Shown here: piece after piece, positions 29,809 to 37,190 of the stretch
How the letters are laid out: the number at the start of each line of letters is the position of its first letter
How positions within the stretch are numbered: the first letter of the stretch is position 1
Source: Bacteroidia bacterium
GTDB lineage: Bacteria > Bacteroidota > Bacteroidia > NS11-12g > UBA955
Length of the DNA stretch: 64,000 nucleotides
Direction of reading: 5' to 3'
NCBI GenBank assembly: GCA_044357345.1
Contig: JBIKPR010000003.1
Location: 23,887 to 87,886 of the forward strand
Program-made: the position numbers and the translations under genes
Notes under the pieces: model-generated
The model's input: only the letters and a program-made list of their open reading frames with translations
The model's database searches: none
Told to the model about the DNA's origin: nothing

Positions 29809-29834
29809 GCAGGGAGGCTAGCCTCCCTGCTTTT
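29809..29834 (+). terminator. GC-rich hairpin plus T-run inside the IS right end
   Basis: GCAGGGAGGC-TA-GCCTCCCTGC forms a perfect 10-bp stem, followed by TTTT. It lies within the 3' end of orfB. The relic copy at 19327..19352 has one stem mismatch. Confidence 0.35.
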
Positions 29835-29990
29835 AAAGAACCTTTAATATTGAAGAATTAAATGAGAAACATTATCTTTGAATCCTGTACTAAAAAAGGG
29901 AGGGTTACAGTATCGTTAGTTTAAATTTTGAGCTGATTATTGAATTATTTGGCGAATAATTCCTGTTCAAAAATAGTTTTGAGAACATTA

Positions 29991-30535
29991 ATGCTTAATA
30001 TGACACTTCGCATTAAAAGCATTAAATAAATTAACTATGAATCTTTAGAATATTTTATGGATCTTGATTTACGCATCCAAAAAGATAAAATCATTATTCT
30101 CAAGATGCATTTAAAAATGGTGAAGATTTTGAGGAGTGTTATAAATTTTAAAATCATATGTTTAGAAAGAACGAATTTTAGTTTTGATAAAAATAATTTA
30201 ATAGTAAGAATTATTTCTTTTTAGACTTGTCCTTACCCTTTTTAATCAAATACATGAAAAAAGGCGTATCGAAAATTGCTGTTCGTTTTTCAGAGTTCGA
30301 ACCTTTGGAGTTTGTAATGAATTTTGCAGGGAAGGTGGATTGGGTATGGGTAGATTGTTTCACGGACTTACCATTAAACCCTGAAAATTATAAGATATTG
30401 AAAAAACACTTTAAGTTTTGTTTGGTATCACCTGAGTTGCAGGGATATGATACATCAAAAATAGAAGAGTTTAAAAATAAATTAAAAGACATGCCCATGG
30501 ATGCGGTTTGTACAAAAAGACCTGATTTGTGGTGA
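29991..30535 (+). pseudogene. Multi-lesion pseudogene of a GDPD-like TIM-barrel protein abutting the IS
   Basis: The 3' part is the intact ORF 30227..30535 (KNYFFLDLSLPFLIKY...VDWVWVDCF...CLVSPEL...AVCTKRPDLW). Upstream pieces lie in other frames (YFMDLDLRIQKDKIIIL, then QDAFKNGEDFEECYKF). There is a TAA at 30027..30029 and at least two frameshifts. The family assignment is from memory only. Confidence 0.45.
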
Positions 30536-30539
30536 AGCC

Positions 30540-30603
30540 TAGGCGTAAAGAATACGAACTTATTAGATAATCCTGGGCTTTCCTTGCGACTCTGCGGTTA
30601 AAA
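30540..30603. repeat. Half-element of the CGCAAAG-type palindromic repeat family
   Basis: CCTTGCGACTCTGCGGTTAAA (30583..30603) is the inverted complement of TTTAACCGCAAGAGT on the other side of the HAD gene (31238..31263). Confidence 0.4.
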
Positions 30604-30612
30604 ATATTATAA

Positions 30613-31242
30613 ATGAATCACATCCCTCTATCCAACCTCAAAGCTATTCTCCTAGACCTAGACGATACAATCTATGCCTATCAGCCTTGTCACCAGGCGG
30701 GCTATGAAGCATGTAAGGTTTTAGCAGAAAAGAAATATAGGATTTCCAATTTAGATTTTGATTCAGCATGGAAATCAGGAAGAGATAAAGTTCACCATGA
30801 CTTACATGGTCAAGGTGCTTCTCATTCCCGTTTGCTCTATGCACAAAAAGCAAGTGAAAGCTTGTTTGGTAAAAGCAACCCTGTATTTGCATTAGAGATG
30901 GAAGAAACCTATTGGAGTGTTTTTTTAGAAACCATGGTGTTCAAGCCGGGAGTAGAAGAATTTCTTAAAGAGGCCAAAGTAAAAGGAATTAAAATGTGTA
31001 TCGTAACCGATTTAACCGCTCAAATTCAGATGCAAAAGTGGGTAAAATTGGATTTGGGAAGGTATGTTGATTTCCTAGTGAGCTCGGAGGAATCAGGTAT
31101 TGAAAAACCTGGGAAATATATGTTTGAATTGGCAATGGAGAAGCTTGGCTTGAAAGCCGAAGACTGTATTATGATTGGAGATAGTGAGGAGAAAGATATA
31201 AAGGGAGCGGAGGCTATGGGGATTAAGGGCTATAAAGTTTAA
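30613..31242 (+). CDS. HAD-superfamily hydrolase (phosphatase-like)
   Basis: 209 aa. Motif I is ILLDLDDTIY (DxDxT). Also present are CIVTDL and the motif IV region IMIGDSEEKDIKGA. Confidence 0.8.
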   Translation: MNHIPLSNLKAILLDLDDTIYAYQPCHQAGYEACKVLAEKKYRISNLDFDSAWKSGRDKVHHDLHGQGASHSRLLYAQKASESLFGKSNPVFALEMEETYWSVFLETMVFKPGVEEFLKEAKVKGIKMCIVTDLTAQIQMQKWVKLDLGRYVDFLVSSEESGIEKPGKYMFELAMEKLGLKAEDCIMIGDSEEKDIKGAEAMGIKGYKV

Positions 31243-31312
31243 CCGCAAGAGTTTAACCGCAAGAGTTTCACGCAAAGGACGCAAAGAAAGGAAACGCTAA
31301 GTACGCAAAGAG
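31236..31312. repeat. Left arm of a CGCAAAG-unit palindromic element
   Basis: There are three tandem 14-bp units: AGTTTAACCGCAAG twice, then AGTTTCACGCAAAG. These are followed by GACGCAAAG, ACGCTAAG and TACGCAAAG units. The HAD stop codon lies inside unit 1. Confidence 0.8.
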
Positions 31313-31313
31313 T

Positions 31314-31691
31314 ATGAATGAAAATCAAATTTCAAAAATAGTTTTAGATGTTGCGTTTAAACTTCATACTGAAGTAGGTCCTGGATTATTGGAATCAGCG
31401 TATGAAGCCGCCCTAGCTCATGATTTCATAGAAAATGGATTATTAGTTGAAACACAAGTTCCAGTTCCATTTGTTTATAAAGATGTGAAACTTGAAGTTG
31501 GGTATCGAATGGATATTTTAATAAACAAAATAGTAGTTTTAGAAATCAAGTCAGTTGAACAACTAGCGCCAGTTCATTTTGCTCAAACATTAACTTATCT
31601 GAAGTTGGCAGATAAAAAACTTGGATTGCTGATTAATTTCAACAATAAGCATTTAAAAGACGGTATTCACCGTATCGTAAATAAAATTTAA
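31314..31691 (+). CDS. GxxExxY family protein (PD-(D/E)XK nuclease-like)
   Basis: 125 aa. The signature is GPGLLESAYEAALAHDF (GxxExxY), with a later D...E.K-like core (MDILINKIVVLEIKS). Confidence 0.8.
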   Translation: MNENQISKIVLDVAFKLHTEVGPGLLESAYEAALAHDFIENGLLVETQVPVPFVYKDVKLEVGYRMDILINKIVVLEIKSVEQLAPVHFAQTLTYLKLADKKLGLLINFNNKHLKDGIHRIVNKI

Positions 31692-31740
31692 CCTTCGCGC
31701 CCTTTGCGTAAAAAATCTTTGCGCCCTTTGCGTGAAAGTA
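31692..31740. repeat. Right arm of the same palindromic element
   Basis: The reverse complement of CTTTGCGCCCTTTGCGTGAAA (31717..31737) matches TTTCACGCAAAGGACGCAAAG (31266..31286) at 20 of 21 positions. Confidence 0.8.
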
Positions 31741-31742
31741 TT

Positions 31743-33824
31743 ATGATACAACTTAAAGACAAAAACGGCACCCACAAATTACCTATTTTAAAATCCCGCC
31801 TATTTTGGGCTGGGGTATTGGTAAAGTTTGTACTATCTATTCTGTTTGCTTCTGATTATTTAAGTGAGCTCTTTGCACCATTTGGAAATTATTTTATTTC
31901 CTCTGGGTTTGCAAATCCATATGAATATTTTGCTCAGAATGGATCAGGAACGGAATTTCCTTATCCACCTTTAATGTTGTGGTTGTTTTCAAGTTTTAGA
32001 GCAATTTTTTGGGTGATTTTACCTGGTGGTATTGATGTGTTTTCATTGGCAGATAGCCTCCTTTACAGAATCCCATTGTTTATTGCTGATTTAAGCATCC
32101 TATTTGTATTAATGAGATGGCTAAAAACCAAAACGCGCCAAGTTTTAATTTGGTATTGGCTGTCTCCAGTGTTAATTTATATTAATTATTTTCATGGTCA
32201 ATTGGATGTAATTCCAATGGCATTTTTAATAGGTTCATTGTATTTTCTTTTTAAAAATAAATGGGTGTATTCCTTTTTGATTTTAGGATTTGCAATTACT
32301 TGTAAAACCAACATGGTATTGGTTCTGCCTTTTTTCATAATTTATTTGTGGAGAATTCCTACGATAGATTTCAAAAAAATAATAACGGTTATGTCCATTA
32401 TGTTTTCGACCGTGTTGTTGTTAAATCTACCATATATTAGTTCAGCTGACTACGTCAATATGGTATACAACAATCCTGTGCAACAGCAGGTTTTTGATTT
32501 ATTTTATCAGTTTAATTCAAATCTTAAAATCTATTTTATACCAGCCATTTATTTTGTGTTGGTCTTATGGTATTTCAGTTTCAAATTTGTGAACCGCGAC
32601 CAGCTAATATTATTTTTAGCCTTTACTTTTTTGGCACTCACACTCATGATAGCCCCTATGCAGGGTTGGTATTTTTGGATAATGCCTTTATTGATTTATT
32701 TTGTCATTAAGCATGGTAAAAGAGAGCAATTGGTCTTCGTGATTTTGTCGTTTTTATATTTTATTTATTTCGGATTTATTCAACACTCAGACTACTTTAA
32801 TTCCTATAATTTCGCAACGATAGATTCACCGCTTTTCGTTTATGATGAAACATTATTAAACATTGCTTTTACATTGTTGCAAACCACCTTATTAATTATG
32901 GCTTACCTCTTATTTAAAAATGGTATTAGCAGCAATATTCAGGCTAAATTTTTATCACAACCTTACATGATTGGTATTGGCGGGGATTCAGCTGCTGGTA
33001 AATCTACATTAACTAATGCCTTGGCTTCTGTTTTTGAAATTCAAAATACAACGATAATTCGAGGGGATGATATGCACAAGTGGGAGCGAGGAAATGAAAA
33101 TTGGAAAAAATTTACACATTTAGACCCAAGGGCCAACCATTTGCATCAAGATTTAGACCAAGCTAAAAGTTTAAAAATAGGGCAAACCGTTAAACGGAGT
33201 TTTTACGACCATAACACTGGTAAGTTTACTATCCCTACCTTCTTAAAACCCAACAAATTAATTTTGTTTGAGGGATTACATTCATTTTATCTTCAAAATC
33301 AATTGGATGTTTATGATTTAAAAATCTTTATGCAGCCTCAGGAAGATTTACGGGTGTGGTGGAAAGTGAAAAGAGATGTAGCCAAAAGAGGTTATTCACC
33401 TGAACAAGTTTTGGAGCAATTAAAAACAAGAGAACAAGACTCAGAGAAGTACATTAAAAATCAAGCGCTTCATGCTGACATCGTTGCAAGTTTTTACAGT
33501 GAAAACGAAATTAATCCTGTAGACTTGGAAACTGAACCACAAATTGGACTAAAATTGAGATTTACGAATGGTGTTGGATTAGATCAAATAATAGATAAGT
33601 TAGATCAAATAGATTCATTAAAAGTAGAACATGAGTTTGACAATATTCATCAGTATTTGATATTAAATGGCACTATATCCGAAAACGATATTGAATTAAT
33701 CGCCTACCAATTGATCCCACAATTGGAAGAAATTGGGGTTTATAATCCAAAATGGAAATCTGATTATGAAGGATTGTTGCAATTTTTAACGGTTTATTTT
33801 GTCTTTGAAAAGATGAAAGCATAG
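31743..33824 (+). CDS. Fusion protein: N-terminal polytopic GT-C-like membrane domain plus C-terminal phosphoribulokinase/uridine-kinase-family P-loop kinase
   Basis: The ATG at 31743 is preferred, because the 13 upstream codons in the ORF track are repeat sequence. About 410 aa contain 10 or more hydrophobic segments. From about nt 32960 the kinase motifs are IGIGGDSAAGKSTLTNAL, LFEGLH, DLKIFMQP, WWKVKRDVAKRGYS and REQDSEKYI. Confidence 0.75.
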   Translation: MIQLKDKNGTHKLPILKSRLFWAGVLVKFVLSILFASDYLSELFAPFGNYFISSGFANPYEYFAQNGSGTEFPYPPLMLWLFSSFRAIFWVILPGGIDVFSLADSLLYRIPLFIADLSILFVLMRWLKTKTRQVLIWYWLSPVLIYINYFHGQLDVIPMAFLIGSLYFLFKNKWVYSFLILGFAITCKTNMVLVLPFFIIYLWRIPTIDFKKIITVMSIMFSTVLLLNLPYISSADYVNMVYNNPVQQQVFDLFYQFNSNLKIYFIPAIYFVLVLWYFSFKFVNRDQLILFLAFTFLALTLMIAPMQGWYFWIMPLLIYFVIKHGKREQLVFVILSFLYFIYFGFIQHSDYFNSYNFATIDSPLFVYDETLLNIAFTLLQTTLLIMAYLLFKNGISSNIQAKFLSQPYMIGIGGDSAAGKSTLTNALASVFEIQNTTIIRGDDMHKWERGNENWKKFTHLDPRANHLHQDLDQAKSLKIGQTVKRSFYDHNTGKFTIPTFLKPNKLILFEGLHSFYLQNQLDVYDLKIFMQPQEDLRVWWKVKRDVAKRGYSPEQVLEQLKTREQDSEKYIKNQALHADIVASFYSENEINPVDLETEPQIGLKLRFTNGVGLDQIIDKLDQIDSLKVEHEFDNIHQYLILNGTISENDIELIAYQLIPQLEEIGVYNPKWKSDYEGLLQFLTVYFVFEKMKA

Positions 33825-33900
33825 TAACGCAGATTTCGCAGAAAAATAAGAAATAATAACTTTTGATTATTAACGCAGATTATTTTTTGCTTCGCAAAAA
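33825..33900. repeat. CGCAGA-type variant intergenic repeat
   Basis: TAACGCAGAT occurs twice (33825..33834 and 33871..33880). A partial dyad is formed by TTCGCAGAAAAAT and ATTTTTTGCTTCG. Confidence 0.3.
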
Positions 33901-33973
33901 TTTGTTTGTAAAAAAATCAACCAAAATAGTTTAACCTCATTAACTATTAGATGTAAAAGATTTAAAAAAAATC

Positions 33974-34678
33974 ATGATACAAATTTATGCTCACAGAGGC
34001 AATATGTCTCAGTTCCCTGAAAACACAATGGAAGCTTTCCAAAGTGCAATTAATCTAAGGTGCCCCTGGATAGAGCTAGACATACAACAAACCAAAGATG
34101 GACATTTGGTGGTAACACATGATGAATCTTCAAAAAGAGTGACTGGAGTCAACACGATAATAAGTCAAACAAACTATGAGGAATTAAAGCAATTAAATTT
34201 TGGCAAATATTTTAATAAGAATCAAATGCATGCTCTTCCTTTATTGTCAGAAGTATTTGATAGCATCAATAACACCCAAACTAAAGTTAGCATACAACCC
34301 AAAGCCAACGGATTGATAATACCAGCTATTGAACTAGCAAAACAATGCAGTGTTTTTGAACAAATTGCTTTTAACGATATCAATTGTGAATATCTAATCG
34401 AAGCTAAGTTATATGATAAAAATATTCCTGTTCATTGGGATAGGTTGCCAGGTACGGGATTAGAAACGGATATTTTCATAGCCAAACAATTTGGTTTTGA
34501 AACATTAATGTATTTAAATGAAGCCATAACCTTAGAAAAGGTAAAGCGTGTACAAAATGAAGGAATTAAAATGGGTGCTTGTGTGGTCAATAAAATGGAA
34601 GATTTTAAAAAATATTTGGAATGGGGGATTACCCATTTTTATACGGATTACCCCAAGGAATTTTTAGCAACAATATGA
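33974..34678 (+). CDS. Glycerophosphodiester phosphodiesterase (GDPD) family
   Basis: 234 aa. Motifs are IYAHRGN, PENTMEAFQSA, IELDIQQTKDGHLVVTHDES and the C-terminal HFYTDYP. Confidence 0.8.
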   Translation: MIQIYAHRGNMSQFPENTMEAFQSAINLRCPWIELDIQQTKDGHLVVTHDESSKRVTGVNTIISQTNYEELKQLNFGKYFNKNQMHALPLLSEVFDSINNTQTKVSIQPKANGLIIPAIELAKQCSVFEQIAFNDINCEYLIEAKLYDKNIPVHWDRLPGTGLETDIFIAKQFGFETLMYLNEAITLEKVKRVQNEGIKMGACVVNKMEDFKKYLEWGITHFYTDYPKEFLATI

Positions 34679-35445
34679 AAATAGTAATAGCAATGACAGG
34701 GCAAGGCAGTCGCTTTAAGAAAGCGGGATACGAGACCTATAAAGCCTTAATTCCAATTCATGGAAAGCCTGTAATACAGCATGTAACAGAGTTATTTCCA
34801 GGTGAAACAGATTTTATTTTCATTTGTAGAAATGATATGTTGGAAACTACTGATTTAAAAGAACAATTATTGGGATATGTGCCTACTGCTCAAGTTGTAG
34901 GAATAGATTCTCATAAATTAGGACCGGTATACACAGTATCTAAAATTTATGACTTAATAGGTGATGATGAGCCGGTGATATGCAATTACTGTGATTTTAG
35001 TATGGCTTGGGATTACAGTCATTTTAAAAATCAGATGGAAGAGTCTGGAGTGGATGGTTCTGTTATTTGTTACACTGGATTCCATCCACATTTGTTGCAC
35101 CCTAAAAATCTTTATGCCACATGTTTGGTCGATAAAAATATGAACATGTTAGAAATCACCGAAAAACATGATTATGAAACCGACCGTGAGAAAGGGTATT
35201 ATTCAGGGGGAACTTATTATTTTAAAAAAGGCAAATACATCAAGCAATATTTTGAAGAATTGATGAACAATAAGGTGACCATTTTCGATGAGTATTTTAT
35301 TAGTTTGCCTTATAATTTTATGGTGAGAGATGGTTTAGATGTAAATGTATATGCAGATGTACCACATTTTTGCCAATGGGGCACTCCCGAGGACATGGAA
35401 GAGTATCTTAGTTGGGCAGAAATATTTAAAACAATTAAATCATAA
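34675..35445 (+). CDS. Nucleotidyltransferase-fold protein (sugar/alcohol-phosphate NTP-transferase-like), copy 1
   Basis: The ATG at 34675 overlaps the GDPD stop as ATGA. It has MTGQGSRFKKAGY..K.LIPIHGKP and the C-terminal QWGTPEDMEEY. Confidence 0.65.
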   Translation: MKIVIAMTGQGSRFKKAGYETYKALIPIHGKPVIQHVTELFPGETDFIFICRNDMLETTDLKEQLLGYVPTAQVVGIDSHKLGPVYTVSKIYDLIGDDEPVICNYCDFSMAWDYSHFKNQMEESGVDGSVICYTGFHPHLLHPKNLYATCLVDKNMNMLEITEKHDYETDREKGYYSGGTYYFKKGKYIKQYFEELMNNKVTIFDEYFISLPYNFMVRDGLDVNVYADVPHFCQWGTPEDMEEYLSWAEIFKTIKS

Positions 35446-35471
35446 GCGCTCCTTTAGTAAAAAAAATATAG

Positions 35472-36245
35472 ATGAACAATAAACCTATAAAACTTACCCC
35501 AATGGCCGGTGCTGGAAGCCGTTTTACAGAAAAGGGTTACACGGTGCCTAAACCATTACTTCAAGTGATGGGCTTGCCTATGGTAGTTAGTGCAGCCAAA
35601 GCACTTCCTGGTCCTGATGAAAATATGGTATTTGTGTTAAGAGATTTTCATATTTCAGAATATGGTATTGACAAAACACTTGTGGAGCACTTTCCTGATG
35701 CTAAAATTATTGTGATAGACCAATTGACAGAAGGTCAAGCTAGCACTTGTCTATTGGCAAAAGAATTTATAAATAATGACCAAGAGCTGTTTATAGGAGC
35801 AAGTGACAATGGAATGCTTTATGACCATGCTAAATTTGAGCAGGCCAAAAAGGAAGCAGATGCCCTTGTATTTACCTTCAGAAACAATCCAACTGTATTA
35901 CCAAAACCAGCTGCTTACGGATGGGTGGAAGTAGAAGAAGATGATTCTACTATCATCGAAGCAAAAGTAAAGTTTGACATGCCCGACCCACTTCGCAAAC
36001 ACGCTTATGTTGGCGCTTTTTGGTTCAAAACGGGAAAACTTTTTGTAGAAGCGGCAGAGCGCATGATCGCACAAAACCGCAGAATTAATAATGAATTTTA
36101 TGTAGATGAGTGCATTAATGATGTGATTCAATTGGGTTATAATGCCAAAGTGTTTGAAGTAGACCATTACATTTGTTGGGGAACTCCGAACGATTATAAA
36201 ACCTTCCAATATTGGGAAGCGTATTACAATAAAGTAAAACCATAA
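35472..36245 (+). CDS. Nucleotidyltransferase-fold protein, copy 2 (paralogue of 34675..35445)
   Basis: 257 aa. It has PMAGAGSRFTEKGYTVPKPLLQVMGLPM and the C-terminal CWGTPNDYKTF. The architecture is the same as copy 1. Confidence 0.65.
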   Translation: MNNKPIKLTPMAGAGSRFTEKGYTVPKPLLQVMGLPMVVSAAKALPGPDENMVFVLRDFHISEYGIDKTLVEHFPDAKIIVIDQLTEGQASTCLLAKEFINNDQELFIGASDNGMLYDHAKFEQAKKEADALVFTFRNNPTVLPKPAAYGWVEVEEDDSTIIEAKVKFDMPDPLRKHAYVGAFWFKTGKLFVEAAERMIAQNRRINNEFYVDECINDVIQLGYNAKVFEVDHYICWGTPNDYKTFQYWEAYYNKVKP

Positions 36246-36249
36246 AAGA

Positions 36250-36343
36250 TTTCACGCAAAGACCGCTAAGGTTTCGCAACGTTCGCTAAAAAAATGCCAT
36301 TGCGCACTTTGCGTTTCCTTTACTTTGCGCACTTTGCGAGAAA
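36250..36343. repeat. CGCAAAG-unit palindromic intergenic element (empty)
   Basis: The left arm TTTCACGCAAAGACCGCTAAGGTTTCGCAACGTTCGCTAA faces the right arm TTGCGCACTTTGCGTTTCCTTTACTTTGCGCACTTTGCGAGAAA. Confidence 0.75.
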
Positions 36344-36354
36344 TATACAAACCA

Positions 36355-37098
36355 ATGTTATCCATTATCCTCCCATGCTATAACGAACAAGACAACTTAG
36401 AATTCTTGTTCAATTCCCTTGACCTTGTGGCTGCTGCTCACCAGGACTTAGAGATTATATTGGTTAATAACGGTTCAACAGATAATTCATTAGCTGTATT
36501 TGAACAAGAAATAACCAAACGCAACTCTGCCAAATTTAAAGTGGTAACAGTAGAAAAAAACATAGGCTATGGTTATGGCATACTCACTGGTTTAAGAGCC
36601 GCTAAGGGCGATATTCTATCAGTTACCCATGCTGACCGTCAAACTGATCCTATGGATGTCCTTAAGGCTCTTGGTTTATTTCATAAAAACTTACATTCAG
36701 AAACATCAGAAGGGAGTCTGCTTGTTAAAGGCTATCGAAAGAACCGCAGACCAATGGAAGCTTTCTTTTCTTGGGGAATGGGTTTCTTGTCTAGCATAGC
36801 GTTAGGCACAAGACTTACAGAAATTAACGCCCAACCCAAATTATTTAGTAAGTCCTTTTTTGACAATATAGAGAAAGATGCTCCCCATGATTTTTCCTTA
36901 GATTTATATTTTCTATACCATGCAAAAAAGCAAGGACGAATTATTGATTTTCCAGTGTATTTTGCCAAGCGTGTAGCAGGTGAAGCAAAAGGCGGAAGTG
37001 GAAGCAGTTGGAAGGTCCGTTGGAAATTAATGAAACGGATTTTTAAGTATATTTTCGAATTAAGAAACAAAATGAAAATTTCACGCAAAGCCCGCTAA
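36355..37098 (+). CDS. GT2 glycosyltransferase, Dpm1/polyprenyl-phosphate-sugar synthase-like, no TM tail
   Basis: The ATG at 36355 is preferred, because the upstream 10 codons in the ORF track are repeat sequence. Motifs are LSIILPCYNEQDN, LVNNGSTDNS and THADRQTDP. The last 6 codons and the stop are supplied by the downstream repeat. Confidence 0.8.
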   Translation: MLSIILPCYNEQDNLEFLFNSLDLVAAAHQDLEIILVNNGSTDNSLAVFEQEITKRNSAKFKVVTVEKNIGYGYGILTGLRAAKGDILSVTHADRQTDPMDVLKALGLFHKNLHSETSEGSLLVKGYRKNRRPMEAFFSWGMGFLSSIALGTRLTEINAQPKLFSKSFFDNIEKDAPHDFSLDLYFLYHAKKQGRIIDFPVYFAKRVAGEAKGGSGSSWKVRWKLMKRIFKYIFELRNKMKISRKAR

Positions 37099-37179
37099 GG
37101 TAACGCAAAGCCCGCGAAGATGTTTTCAAAATCCTTTGCGGGCTTTGCGTTGTCTTTACTTTGCACCCTTTGCGTGAAA
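37079..37179. repeat. CGCAAAG-unit palindromic intergenic element (empty)
   Basis: The outer arms are TTTCACGCAAAG...CTTTGCGTGAAA. The inner perfect 14-bp stem is AACGCAAAGCCCGC (37102..37115) paired with GCGGGCTTTGCGTT (37138..37151). Confidence 0.8.
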
Positions 37180-37190
37180 CAAAAAAACCC

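Larger units (their letters stand above)
28977..29861 (+). pseudogene. IS3-family transposase OrfB (DDE integrase core) interrupted by an in-frame TAA
   Basis: ORFs 29067..29456 and 29460..29861 share one frame and are separated only by the TAA at 29457..29459. The stop falls between the first D (WSMDFMHD) and the second D (VDNGPEF). The E lies in NGYVERFNRTFRRE. Confidence 0.8.
28655..29909 (+). mobile_element. IS3-family insertion sequence, 1255 bp
   Basis: It has TG...CA termini and imperfect 26-bp terminal inverted repeats. IRL is TGTAACCCTCCCCAAAAATAGTACAG. The reverse complement of IRR is TGTAACCCTCCCTTTTTTAGTACAG. It has the orfA/orfB organisation with an A6G slippery site. No flanking direct repeat was found (GTT on the left, GTA on the right). 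Confidence 0.9.

Noticed and set aside
29067-29861. Two separate transposase genes (29067..29456 and 29460..29861).
   Set aside because: They share one frame and are separated by a single TAA. Together they form one DDE domain, so they are called a single interrupted orfB.
31236-31312. The tandem 14-bp and 9-bp units were considered as a CRISPR array.
   Set aside because: The units are far too short, they are contiguous without spacers, and they have an inverted partner arm. No cas genes are present.
31704-31742. N-terminal extensions in the ORF track: MRKKSLRPLRESI at 31704, MRTLREIYKP at 36325 and MHPLRETKKP at 37161.
   Set aside because: These codons are translations of the CTTTGCG/CGCAAAG repeat arms starting at TTG. 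A proper ATG follows each repeat, at 31743, 36355 and 37191.
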